DNA of 64,000 nucleotides from a virus (IMGVR_UViG_3300028888_000001); one strand, 5' to 3'; shown: positions 30,665 to 40,662, counted from the stretch's first letter. The notes: generated from the sequence alone by a model not told the origin. Translations and numbers: made by a program.

Positions 30665-33600
30665 AATGTTTATTTATGGTCAAAAAGATATTGATATCGA
30701 TCTTCCAACACCAACAACTGGATATTTTTATAATTCAAATGGCGAAAAGGTTAATGACGATTCATTTACTAATTCTAAATTTTATATTATTGATATATCT
30801 AAGTATATTGGTTATAGCGTACTAGTAAATATAAAATCAAATGCTCCTTCTTCATTACGTAGAACATTTATTATGCGAAATAACGAAACTACTATTTATG
30901 TAACGGCGGAAAATGTTTTAAATAGTGTAGACGATTATAGCAAATTCACCCATAAAATTCCTTATGATGGAAAATACTTATATATCTCTTGCATTTTAGC
31001 GGCTGAGATTTCTGTAAAAATTAGAAATACATCGTTGACTGAAAGCTATCAACAGAAAAATAGATTATTAAATAATGCCATATATGCGGCTGCTTTAGCA
31101 AATAATTTTACTCACATCGATTTTAATAATGGAGCTGCTGTTATAAATAATGGTGTAGAGTATACACATGACGATTTATCCAATCAAATAGGATTTACAC
31201 TTTATCCTAATACCGATTATTACATTATTAAATTCCGATATACAAAAAATGCGGTATACTTATTGGAAGCTTCAAGCTCTTCATACGATTTATCATATTT
31301 TGTTATGTTCTCAAATGGTGAAATTATACCGCCATTAATTGTAGAGGGCTCAGACTATAAATGGTTAGTTTCTAAAGAATTGATCGGTGATAGAGACGGA
31401 ATAGAATTTAGATTAGACAATAGATCTGGCAAAGCTCCTATCACGATAGATCGTGTTGCTGCATTCATTTCTATTATTGATAACGAAGAAGAAAATAATG
31501 TGGATGATGTTACTATAATAAATAAAAATAATATAATACCATATTTCGATACGACTAATCAAACTGTAATTCTGCATTTTAATTTTATAGATACTTATTA
31601 TTATTATAAAAATGATAATTCTAATACTAACTATAGTATAAATTATAATAATATCGTAAATGAAAAAGCAAATAATGCTGTAATTTTAAGTTATAATAAA
31701 AATGATTTAATAGATAGCTCAGATAGTCAATCGACTGTAAATCGATATTTATGTTATGATTTAAATAGTAATGAATTAAAGATATATAAAATATATAAAA
31801 ATATAGCAAAAAATAATATTTTACTAATGCATTTCTTTGCTACAATATCAACAGCCTCATCGAATTATAATTTTATTATTAGCAACATTTCCAACATTTA
31901 TTATATCGATGGTGTTGAATATAATAATCAAATCCAATCTTCAGATATTTATAATTTAGATTATATTTTTAGAAATTGCATCCATAAAGATTTAACTGAA
32001 ATTAGTAATACTAATTCAATTACACAAAATCAAGATGGAACTATAACTATTGCTCCTGGAGGTTTTTATTTTCCAGGAATCGCCGTGCATGGCTATTTTA
32101 ATGGCGATTGCCATATTAGAATAAGGCTAGAAAGTACTAATGCTATAACTTCTTTATATGCTGCTAAATCTATAGTAACAAGTGGAGGCGGCTATGATAA
32201 ATTGCCGTTTACTTTATTATCAGAAAATGAATCTGTAAATGAAACAGTGTGGTATTTGCATATAACAGATACAGATTATGATAAAGCAAATAGTTATACA
32301 AGTTATATTTTACGTATAGACAATAGACAAAATGCGAATGATATAATAATAAAGTCAATAGAAATTGTAGATTCTGGAATACCTGCGAGGGTAAATTCGG
32401 TCTCTACTTCAACCTCAATCGCATATGTATCTACAAATGGAAGCGATGATAACGTCGGATCAAAAGCAATGCCATTTGCCAGTGTAACCCAAGCACTTCA
32501 AAGCGGAGCTAATTATATCTTAGTAGAACCAGGTATTTATCATGAAAATATAAATTTTACTGATGCTCAAGGAAAAATTACATTATTAAATAATGGCACT
32601 TACAATTTATGTAAATTTTTACCAGATGATGAATCTAAATATATATTATCAAAAACAGAAACTAAAGTAGATGGTTATAATAACGTTTATAAAGCATCAA
32701 GTACAGTTACGTTAACTCAATATTATTTATTCCAAAATGGAGTAAATGATTTAAGCACAGAAATTTTAGACAGCGAAAGATTACCTCAGCAAAGAGGTAT
32801 GAAATACCGTTGCGAGAATACTAAATTACAAAAGTGCAGCATGACTCAATTAAGCACAGCTTTACATGAAATAGAAACATGCACCGATAATGTTTATAAA
32901 TTCTTCCAAGACCCAGAAACTTTAGATGTATATTTTTGTAGGCCTCAAGAAGTTTCAGAAACAAATTATTTAGCTTTTCCAGGAACTACAACTTTATTTA
33001 ATGGATTATCAAAAAATGTAAGCCTCGAAGTTATTGGCATAGAATGTATGTATATGTCTTTTAATGTTAGTTTTGCTGATAGATGCAAAATTGTAGATTG
33101 CAAGGCTGGATATAATCAAGCTAGTGGAGCATTTATTTATAATAGGCAAGTTGGAACTGAATTTATTCGATGCGAAGCCATAAGATGTATTAATAATTCT
33201 AATGGAGATGGCTTTAACGGGCATTCTATTAATGCCGGTGATATTTATTCTAAACAAACTACAGTAAGTTTGATAGATTGTTGGTCTCATGATAATTACG
33301 ATGATGGTTATTCAGATCATGAAAGAAGCGAAATCACTATTCAAGGCGGATTATATGAATGGAATGGTAAAGGTGGTATAGTACCTTCATATGGTTCTCA
33401 TTGCACTTGCTATAATGTATATTCTCGCAATAATTTTGCTGGATTTTATTATGTTGGAGATGTTGATGAAGCCGAGGGCGGTATATATGGTCAAATGTCA
33501 TGTTTCTATTGTCATGCTGAAAATAATAATAGGGGTGGCGCAAAAACTGGTTTTGGCATAACCGGTAATGGTAATAGAATGGAACTTATAGGGTGTACTT

Positions 33601-33752
33601 CTATAGGTAATAATACAGGGTATAGTTGTGGTACAAATAATGTAGTTAGAATGATAGATTGTAAAGCGTTAAACAATTCAGTTTCAGTAACAAATTTTCC
33701 TGAAACTGCAAACGTAGAGATTATAACTACTGATATTGTGTCTGCTCAGTAA
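30651..33752 (+). CDS. Silent variable cassette C8 with right-handed beta-helix domain
   Basis: LSNDL-MFIYG in frame with ORF 30666. AYVSTNGSDDNVGSKAMPFASVTQAL cap, then GDGFNGH / HDNYDDGYSDHE beta-helix rungs. Confidence 0.85.
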   Translation, partial: LSNDLMFIYGQKDIDIDLPTPTTGYFYNSNGEKVNDDSFTNSKFYIIDISKYIGYSVLVNIKSNAPSSLRRTFIMRNNETTIYVTAENVLNSVDDYSKFTHKIPYDGKYLYISCILAAEISVKIRNTSLTESYQQKNRLLNNAIYAAALANNFTHIDFNNGAAVINNGVEYTHDDLSNQIGFTLYPNTDYYIIKFRYTKNAVYLLEASSSSYDLSYFVMFSNGEIIPPLIVEGSDYKWLVSKELIGDRDGIEFRLDNRSGKAPITIDRVAAFISIIDNEEENNVDDVTIINKNNIIPYFDTTNQTVILHFNFIDTYYYYKNDNSNTNYSINYNNIVNEKANNAVILSYNKNDLIDSSDSQSTVNRYLCYDLNSNELKIYKIYKNIAKNNILLMHFFATISTASSNYNFIISNISNIYYIDGVEYNNQIQSSDIYNLDYIFRNCIHKDLTEISNTNSITQNQDGTITIAPGGFYFPGIAVHGYFNGDCHIRIRLESTNAITSLYAAKSIVTSGGGYDKLPFTLLSENESVNETVWYLHITDTDYDKANSYTSYILRIDNRQNANDIIIKSIEIVDSGIPARVNSVSTSTSIAYVSTNGSDDNVGSKAMPFASVTQALQSGANYILVEPGIYHENINFTDAQGKITLLNNGTYNLCKFLPDDESKYILSKTETKVDGYNNVYKASSTVTLTQYYLFQNGVNDLSTEILDSERLPQQRGMKYRCENTKLQKCSMTQLSTALHEIETCTDNVYKFFQDPETLDVYFCRPQEVSETNYLAFPGTTTLFNGLSKNVSLEVIGIECMYMSFNVSFADRCKIVDCKAGYNQASGAFIYNRQVGTEFIRCEAIRCINNSNGDGFNGHSINAGDIYSKQTTVSLIDCWSHDNYDDGYSDHERSEITIQGGLYEWNGKGGIVPSYGSHCTCYNVYSRNNFAGFYYVGDVDEAEGGIYGQMSCFYCHAENNNRGGAKTGFGITGNGNRMELIGCTSIGNNTGYSCGTNNVVRMIDCKALNNSVSVTNFPETANVEIITTDIVSAQ

Positions 33753-33770
33753 TACTTAAAATATCATAAT

Positions 33771-33794
33771 CCTAGAGGGAGCAATCCCTCTGGG
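33771..33794 (+). terminator. Terminator after cassette C8
   Basis: CCTAGAGGGA-GCAA-TCCCTCTGGG plus T-rich tail. Confidence 0.8.
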
Positions 33795-33915
33795 TTTAAT
33801 TTCTTTTAATATATAATTTAATTATATATTATATTTTTAGAGAAGCTAGAATATTTTAATAAAAAGCTTTCTCTAAAACCAATTAATATCAAAATTATTC
33901 TAAAGGAGGAACAAA

Positions 33916-34383
33916 ATGAAACCGATCTTATTATCAAACTTAATTGATGAAAATGTAGTTAAAACTTTAGGAGGAGTAAGAGATTTATCAAAATGCGGAT
34001 ATGATTTCGACAGCCTCTTAATGGATGATGACAGAATGACTATAAGAATAGTCTTTACGTGCAACGAGAATTGGGGTAGCAATTATGAAGGCCACAATAT
34101 CAGAATAGTGTTTAATAATGACGGAGAAAAGTCTGTGACTAATTTTAACTCATATGACATCTCTGCATCTAAATATGAAAATGGAGTATGGGAAGCTTCA
34201 TGGATTCCATATACAGCATTAAGGCCGCTGGCTACATTTATCAAATGCTTCTGCGGTTATATAGCTGATAGGATGGGTGAGAAAGTAGCTTCTTTCGACA
34301 GAAAAACACTATTAGCATACTTAAATCGTCAGGAGCCTATAAATGTTAAAGATCTTATGAAGGAGATGAATCAGAATGTATAA
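33916..34383 (+). CDS. Hypothetical protein (putative early gene)
   Basis: AAGGAGG SD; TATATTAT motif at 33825. Confidence 0.7.
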   Translation: MKPILLSNLIDENVVKTLGGVRDLSKCGYDFDSLLMDDDRMTIRIVFTCNENWGSNYEGHNIRIVFNNDGEKSVTNFNSYDISASKYENGVWEASWIPYTALRPLATFIKCFCGYIADRMGEKVASFDRKTLLAYLNRQEPINVKDLMKEMNQNV

Positions 34384-35035
34384 GTCTTATTCAGATTATA
34401 ATGTAAAGCTTTTAAACCACTCTCAATTAAACTGCACTGAGAATGGTGATTACATTGGATTCTTTTGTCCAAAGTGTTTTGAGCCGTTTGTTAAAAGATA
34501 TAGCACTAAAAAAGAATATTTTTGTGATGATGAATTTACAATAAATGAAACTTATACTTTAGTATGTCCTAAGTGTAAACATGCTTGGACACAGAATTGG
34601 TTTCTTGATCCTAATATAACAAAAACAATAGCCCTTTTAAACAAGAAAGGCTACATCACAGAGTTTTGTTGTGAAGGTCATTATGCCAAAGATGATGATG
34701 GAGACGAATATTTAGCATCCGTTCCATATATTCTATTTGCTGTAAACTATACTTGGATGGCGCCTATGGCACCATATCCATGGTATTGGTCATTAATGCT
34801 TAATAGTGCATGCAATAGCTTTAGCTTTTATAATAAAATACAAAGATCAGAACTCAAAGCTAATTTAGAAGCATTTGATGCTACAAAACAGTATGCGCTG
34901 GATGTTATACATGAATGGACTACAAATTTACCAGACTTGAGCTGTAATAAGCGTAGTATGAAAGCGATTAAAGAATCAATACAGTATAGAAAAGACATGG
35001 AAACAGCATTATATAATAATATTATAGTTTTATAA
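34376..35035 (+). CDS. Hypothetical Zn-ribbon protein
   Basis: Two CPKC motifs; LNKKGYITEFCCEGH motif. Confidence 0.7.
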   Translation: MYKSYSDYNVKLLNHSQLNCTENGDYIGFFCPKCFEPFVKRYSTKKEYFCDDEFTINETYTLVCPKCKHAWTQNWFLDPNITKTIALLNKKGYITEFCCEGHYAKDDDGDEYLASVPYILFAVNYTWMAPMAPYPWYWSLMLNSACNSFSFYNKIQRSELKANLEAFDATKQYALDVIHEWTTNLPDLSCNKRSMKAIKESIQYRKDMETALYNNIIVL

Positions 35036-35121
35036 ACCCGTTAACCAAATAATAATAGAGGGCTCCATCAAGAGCCCTCGATAAATACATTTATTATTTT
35101 TTATGAGAGGAGAAATATAGA

Positions 35122-36075
35122 ATGCAAGAAGTAGTAGATCATTATAATGGAATGGAGCGTACACTTCAATTTGAAAATTTTGATATCGAAACTAAACTTG
35201 GTAAAACCATTTTCCATGCTGACGATACTATCGGTGACCATTATCATAAAGAAATGCTTAGAAGAATTTTTAAATATGGGCATTTGGATCATAACCCAAG
35301 ACCTCATTATTCAGATGGAACCCCTGCGCACACTATCTCTATTAATGGAAGTATGCATCAGTACGATTTATCAAAAAATCAATTGCCTATAATTACTTTA
35401 CGACCTATAGCAATTAAATCTGCTATAGGGGAAATGCTTTGGATTTATCAAGATCAATCTAATGATCTTGATTTGCTCAAAGAGAAATATAATGTTACTT
35501 GGTGGGATTCTTGGGACATTGGAAATAGAACCATTGGCCAGGTTTATGGAGCAACTGTAAAGAGATACAATCTTGTTAATAATCTTATTAAAGATATTAA
35601 AGAAAATCCAGATGGTAGAAGACATATTATGTCTTTATGGCAAGTAAAAGATTTTGAAGAACCGCATGGTTTAAAGCCTTGTGCGTTTTTAACTGTTTGG
35701 AATGTACATCATGCTGAAGATGGTAATGATTATTTAGACATGTCTCTAAATATCAGATCAAGTGATTACAGCGTTGCTGGAGTTTTGAACCAGATGCAGT
35801 ATGTTGTTCTTCAACATCTTATTGCTAGAGAGTGTGGTTATAAACCAGGATTATTTACTTGCTTTTTTAGCAATATACAAATCTATGATAGGCATATTGA
35901 CAATGCTATAGAGCTCTGTTCTCGTAATGGTATTCAGTGTATGCCTAAATTATGGATTAACCCAGAAAAAACTAATTTTTATGATTTCACCATAGACGAT
36001 ATTAAATTAGTTGATTACCCAAGAGAAGAGATTAGTAGGAAGAACCCACAATTAAAATTCGATTTGGGTATCTAA
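35122..36075 (+). CDS. thyA: Thymidylate synthase
   Basis: EMLW, IGQVYG, PDGRRHI, LKPC, RSSD, NQMQY, IQIYDRH motifs. Confidence 0.93.
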   Translation: MQEVVDHYNGMERTLQFENFDIETKLGKTIFHADDTIGDHYHKEMLRRIFKYGHLDHNPRPHYSDGTPAHTISINGSMHQYDLSKNQLPIITLRPIAIKSAIGEMLWIYQDQSNDLDLLKEKYNVTWWDSWDIGNRTIGQVYGATVKRYNLVNNLIKDIKENPDGRRHIMSLWQVKDFEEPHGLKPCAFLTVWNVHHAEDGNDYLDMSLNIRSSDYSVAGVLNQMQYVVLQHLIARECGYKPGLFTCFFSNIQIYDRHIDNAIELCSRNGIQCMPKLWINPEKTNFYDFTIDDIKLVDYPREEISRKNPQLKFDLGI

Positions 36076-36097
36076 AATAATATATAGGAGTGAAAAT

Positions 36098-37087
36098 ATG
36101 TTTAAATTTTATGAATTTTTTAATCATATATTCAACAAAGAAAACATAGACGATGGGAAGCTTAGATCTAAAGTTATTTATAATACAAGACATAATCTTA
36201 TTATTTTAATTTCTTATGCATCTAAAAATTTCTATTCTGCTATAGAATTTATTGCTGCTATTAAGAATACCAAATTAAAACTTATTATATCTAACTCTTC
36301 TAAAGAAAGACAGTTAACTGAAGAAGAGCTTGAAGAATTCGATAAAAAGACTGTAAGTCTTATTGATAATAGATATTATATTCTATTATCTGGCACGCCT
36401 GAAGAATACGCTAACATGGTAAACTACATGGATTTAAATAATGAAATATTTGAATTGCTTGTAGACGATTTTTATCATCATTGCTCATCTACTATCTTTA
36501 ATGAGTATATAAACTATGGGATTTTTGATAGGTCTAAATTTATATACAAAGATGTAGTCCCATCTAATTATAATAAGCTTGTAAATTTTAGCTCAAATGA
36601 ATTACCTAAAGGCAGAACATATTTTAGAGACGATCTTAAATATATCCTAGACAGATTGCCAGATTCGTTCTTAACTATAGATATAGCACAGTGCATAAAC
36701 TATTATCAATCATTTGACTTAGGTAAGCATTATGAGTATTTGTTTAATGTAAATGAATTAGTTAAAACTGTGATTGATAATAAATCTCCAAATGTAGATT
36801 TCTGCAATGATATAGTTAAAGCAAGCAATATAGTATTTAAGCTTATAGTTCCAGACCCATGTGTTGAAACTCTTGAGATTTTAAATGCTCCTATATTTTT
36901 GAGAGAGAATCTAGAAGATGTATATTCAGCAGCAGTTCCAATAGAAGAATTAGATGAAATATTCCAGCAAGACTATGATAGATTCACGCAAATTACAGCT
37001 GGAGAATCTGAATATGAAGATATAGATGAACAAATTGGCGATGATGAAGAAACAGAAAATATGCGTAAGGAAGATATAATAAATTGA
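36098..37087 (+). CDS. Hypothetical protein
   Basis: AGGAG SD; 329-aa ORF. Confidence 0.7.
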   Translation: MFKFYEFFNHIFNKENIDDGKLRSKVIYNTRHNLIILISYASKNFYSAIEFIAAIKNTKLKLIISNSSKERQLTEEELEEFDKKTVSLIDNRYYILLSGTPEEYANMVNYMDLNNEIFELLVDDFYHHCSSTIFNEYINYGIFDRSKFIYKDVVPSNYNKLVNFSSNELPKGRTYFRDDLKYILDRLPDSFLTIDIAQCINYYQSFDLGKHYEYLFNVNELVKTVIDNKSPNVDFCNDIVKASNIVFKLIVPDPCVETLEILNAPIFLRENLEDVYSAAVPIEELDEIFQQDYDRFTQITAGESEYEDIDEQIGDDEETENMRKEDIIN

Positions 37088-37812
37088 CGCTAGTTAATAT
37101 ATGTAATCTTGCTGATGCTTATTATATCGCCAAACATAAGTATGAGATTAATCAAGATCACATCGCTTCATCTACATTAATATATTCGGATGGTACTTGT
37201 AAACATCATGTGAATAATGATGGCTATATTCATATAACTTCAGTTGAAGGCGCAACATATTTAATCTATCTAGATCAAGAGGGTAATGTATTCTTATGGA
37301 TTTATGAGCTTACTCCTGAATTAAAATATAAAGAGATTATAGACAGCATGAATAAGCTTAGACAGATCACAGGAATGCAAAAACATTCAATAGAAGTTAA
37401 ATCAAAAATAAATAATAAAAAAGACAGTAAAACGGAAGAATTTAAAGATAAAAAAGAAGAAATAAAAACAGATAATGTAGATAAAGAAAAACCGGAGCAA
37501 TTTATAATAGAGCCAGTAAGACCAAGATTATTCAAAAGAGAAGATGATAAATATATTTCGGCTGCTCCAGCTGAGATAGTTGATGTAAATAATTTAGTAT
37601 GTACAGAATGTAAATCTACAGAATTCTCATCGTATATAGAAAATAATGATTATTCTATAGAATGCACATGTGATAAATGCGGAACATCATTTATTTTTGT
37701 TCCATCTAAGTACTATATCTTAAAACAAAAAATAGTACCAACTGACATGAGTAGTAATGAAATATTACCATACTTAATTCATAGGAGGTCAAAAGAACAA
37801 AACGATGATTGA
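37084..37812 (+). CDS. Hypothetical protein with C-terminal Zn ribbon
   Basis: CTECKS..CDKCG; overlaps both neighbours. Confidence 0.65.
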   Translation: MTLVNICNLADAYYIAKHKYEINQDHIASSTLIYSDGTCKHHVNNDGYIHITSVEGATYLIYLDQEGNVFLWIYELTPELKYKEIIDSMNKLRQITGMQKHSIEVKSKINNKKDSKTEEFKDKKEEIKTDNVDKEKPEQFIIEPVRPRLFKREDDKYISAAPAEIVDVNNLVCTECKSTEFSSYIENNDYSIECTCDKCGTSFIFVPSKYYILKQKIVPTDMSSNEILPYLIHRRSKEQNDD

Positions 37813-38245
37813 TTTAAAAATTAAATATATGCACGATGATACTAAAAGACTTACCATCAATCCAAATGGTAATTGGATTGATGTATATGCTGATGAAGAT
37901 ATAACTTTACGTAATCTAGAGCATAAATATATTAAGCTTGGATTTGCTATGGAATTACCACAGGGCTATGAGGCATATCTGGCTCCAAGAAGCTCAACGT
38001 ATAAAAACTGGGGCCTTATTATGGCTAACTCTATTGGTATTATAGATACATCATACTGTGGTGATAACGATGAATGGCACGCTTCTGTACTGTGTATTAC
38101 AGATAATGATTTTATAAATATACATAGAGGTGATAAGATTGCTCAGTTTAGAATTATCGAATCTATGCCGCCGGTAAATATTATTGAAGTAGAGTCTCTT
38201 AATAATAAAAACCGTGGCGGTTTAGGTTCTACCGGTAAGGTTTGA
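37805..38245 (+). CDS. dut: Trimeric dUTPase
   Basis: PRSS, GIIDTSYCG, GDKIAQ, RGGLGSTG motifs. Confidence 0.93.
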   Translation: MIDLKIKYMHDDTKRLTINPNGNWIDVYADEDITLRNLEHKYIKLGFAMELPQGYEAYLAPRSSTYKNWGLIMANSIGIIDTSYCGDNDEWHASVLCITDNDFINIHRGDKIAQFRIIESMPPVNIIEVESLNNKNRGGLGSTGKV

Positions 38246-38357
38246 TCCTCATAACAAATAAGTAATCTAGAGTGGAAAATATTCTAGATTGCCTTCGCTA
38301 CCTATATTATATAAAGATGCATTGTCGGGACAGTACACAAATCATTCTTCGTGCGGA

Positions 38358-38385
38358 GACCATATGGGAGCAATCCCATATGGTC
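38358..38385 (+). terminator. Hairpin terminator
   Basis: GACCATATGGGA-GCAA-TCCCATATGGTC. Confidence 0.85.
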
Positions 38386-38453
38386 ATTCTTTTGCTTTTT
38401 AGCTGAAACATTTTATTAAAATAGAAAATAAAAGAAAGGAGTGTAATATAAAG

Positions 38454-39272
38454 ATGATTAATGCCGAATACATTAATAAGGTTGAAAATGTCTATATTGA
38501 TGGGGCTTCATCTGTATTTAATATAGAATCTTTAGATAGATTCGACGGAGATCAATATGATATTTACGATCAAAAAGATTACGCTCGAATGCTTAAAGAT
38601 ATAGAAACTGTATGTAGAACTTCATTTGAATATCGTCAGCTTATTGCTTACTTAAGAAACACTGAAGGGATGAACACTTGTAGCTTCTTAGGTAATGTAA
38701 CTAACGTAGATAATACTAAAGTTAAAATAGAAATACATCATTCCCCATTTACACTATTCTCTATAGTAGAAGCTGTAACTAAGAAAAGACTGCATAATAA
38801 TGAATCTGTAGATATTTTCGATATAAGTAAAGAAGTAATGCTTTTGCATTACATGGGCTACGTTGGATTAATACCATTAAGTGCTACAGTGCATGAGATG
38901 GTTCATAATGGATATATTTTTATACCACTAAATTTGCCTAGAGGAAATTGGGAAAAATTTGTTGAGCTTTACTATGACTATATTTCTCCAGCTGATCTGG
39001 ATGCTTTAGATTCAGCCAGAGAAATGACAACTGAATGGTTAGAGGATATTTCTAAAGAAAATAATATAGTTGATACTCAACAGCAGTTGTTTAATTTACA
39101 CACTACGTACATAAAATATAATAATATAGATATTAATACTAAAGCTCATGATGCTAAAAATGATATTAAAGACTCTATTGAAGAGATTAAAACAAAGAAG
39201 AAAAGCATGATGAAAGTAGACTATAATCATCGTGGAGGCCCAATAACAGACTTTTTAAATGGTTTAAACTGA
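38454..39272 (+). CDS. Conserved phage protein with HNH-like His motifs, paralog of 49624..50259
   Basis: IEIHH..LIPLSATVHEMVH; R.S.EY..L pattern shared with 49624. Confidence 0.65.
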   Translation: MINAEYINKVENVYIDGASSVFNIESLDRFDGDQYDIYDQKDYARMLKDIETVCRTSFEYRQLIAYLRNTEGMNTCSFLGNVTNVDNTKVKIEIHHSPFTLFSIVEAVTKKRLHNNESVDIFDISKEVMLLHYMGYVGLIPLSATVHEMVHNGYIFIPLNLPRGNWEKFVELYYDYISPADLDALDSAREMTTEWLEDISKENNIVDTQQQLFNLHTTYIKYNNIDINTKAHDAKNDIKDSIEEIKTKKKSMMKVDYNHRGGPITDFLNGLN

Positions 39273-39342
39273 AACATTGTAATAAGTATTCAAATGCTTA
39301 TGAGTTTTATTAAAATTTCAAAAATTTTGGAGGAGATAAGAT

Positions 39343-40638
39343 ATGAATATTAAATCAAATCTTCAGCTTATTAGCGAAGCTGCTACTTATGATCTTCAGA
39401 TTAATACTGAAGCTGCAGTGGAATTAGATTCTGTTAAAGAATCTTATGATTGTATCCCTACAGCTATGGGCTTTTGTGTAACTGAAGCTGCTGATGTTGT
39501 TGTTAATAATGTCAATGGCGAATATTTTGTAGAGATGGTTAACCTTAGTCCATTTATGTTAGATAGTGGAATCACTTCTATTTCTAAAGCTCTTAATCTT
39601 GTTGCTGAAGCCAATGGGCTTCCGCCTAGAAGTGTAGGTCTTGTAATTGACTCTCAGGAATCTGTTAATGCTATGCTTGCATCTGCAGATGCAAGATCAA
39701 AAGCCACTGGCAACTATAAGATTCGTGAGAACGCTATTGCAAAAGTGCAGAAGAATATTGCTATTGCTAATAAGCTTATGGCTGAAGGGTTCAATGTAGC
39801 CAAGAAAAGCAAAAATAAAGGAGTTTGTCCTAAATGCGGTAAAGCAGATTGCAAATGTGAATGCGGCGGATCTTGTGGTAAAGGTTGCAATAAGGAATGC
39901 GATGCAAGCAACGTAGTCGGCAAGGCTGCTATTTCTGAAAAGAAAGAATGCGGAGCAAATTGTAAGAAAGAATCATATTCTGTTATTGATTCTGCATACA
40001 TTTTTATAGAGAATGCTTTAGATGGTAGAGACTTTGAATCTCTTACTGAGGCTGAGCAAATTGAACTTATTAAAGAAGCTGCTATCAAGACAAAAGAAGA
40101 TATCAATGAGAAGCTAAGAGTATTAGATTCAAAGAATGCTTCTGCTGAAGATTATGCTTATGCATTCAAGAAAGATGCAGCATCTCAAGCTACTATACTT
40201 GGCACTTCTGCAGGAGCTGCTGTAGCCGCTAGTAAGGCTGCTGATGTTGTCGGTGCAGTTTCAGGTAGCTTTGGTTTAGGCCTTGGAACCCTATATATTG
40301 GCGGTTTGTCACTTGCTCTGCTAACTACTTATGCACTATCTACCATGACTAGAATCTTTAATTGCCCAGGAAGTATTTCTGATAATATTAAATATGCTAA
40401 GGGCGTCCAGAAGCAATTTGAAAAAGCTATCGCTAAGTTCGAAAAGAAGGGTGACGAGAAGATGGCTACCAAATGTAGGGAAGCTAAAGAAAAAGTCGAT
40501 GCTCGTCTTGAAGAGCTTATGAAGAAAGCTGAGGGTAAGTCTATTTCTTATCAGAACACTCATAATGAAAAGGGTGAAAGATACAATAACCAGACCAATA
40601 GTTATAAGAAGACAGGTTCATCTTCATCCAAGAAATAA
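39343..40638 (+). CDS. Putative virion (head) protein with Cys-rich insert
   Basis: Late-type promoter at 39273, GGAGG SD, high-expression codon usage; CPKCGKADCKCECGGSCGKGC segment. Confidence 0.6.
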   Translation: MNIKSNLQLISEAATYDLQINTEAAVELDSVKESYDCIPTAMGFCVTEAADVVVNNVNGEYFVEMVNLSPFMLDSGITSISKALNLVAEANGLPPRSVGLVIDSQESVNAMLASADARSKATGNYKIRENAIAKVQKNIAIANKLMAEGFNVAKKSKNKGVCPKCGKADCKCECGGSCGKGCNKECDASNVVGKAAISEKKECGANCKKESYSVIDSAYIFIENALDGRDFESLTEAEQIELIKEAAIKTKEDINEKLRVLDSKNASAEDYAYAFKKDAASQATILGTSAGAAVAASKAADVVGAVSGSFGLGLGTLYIGGLSLALLTTYALSTMTRIFNCPGSISDNIKYAKGVQKQFEKAIAKFEKKGDEKMATKCREAKEKVDARLEELMKKAEGKSISYQNTHNEKGERYNNQTNSYKKTGSSSSKK

Positions 40639-40662
40639 TTATAACTATACTATTATCTATAA

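Noticed and set aside
1428-33752. ORF-track start codons of the cassettes (1428, 12769, 24517, 30473, 30666) as real gene starts
   Set aside because: They lack the strong SD seen on real genes here, and each frame extends upstream precisely to the core.
1-33752. Diversity-generating retroelement
   Set aside because: No reverse transcriptase and no template/variable repeat pair with adenine-specific mismatches seen.
35122-38245. Uracil-substituted genome as in PBS1/AR9
   Set aside because: ThyA, DHFR and dUTPase point to dTTP synthesis and dUTP removal.
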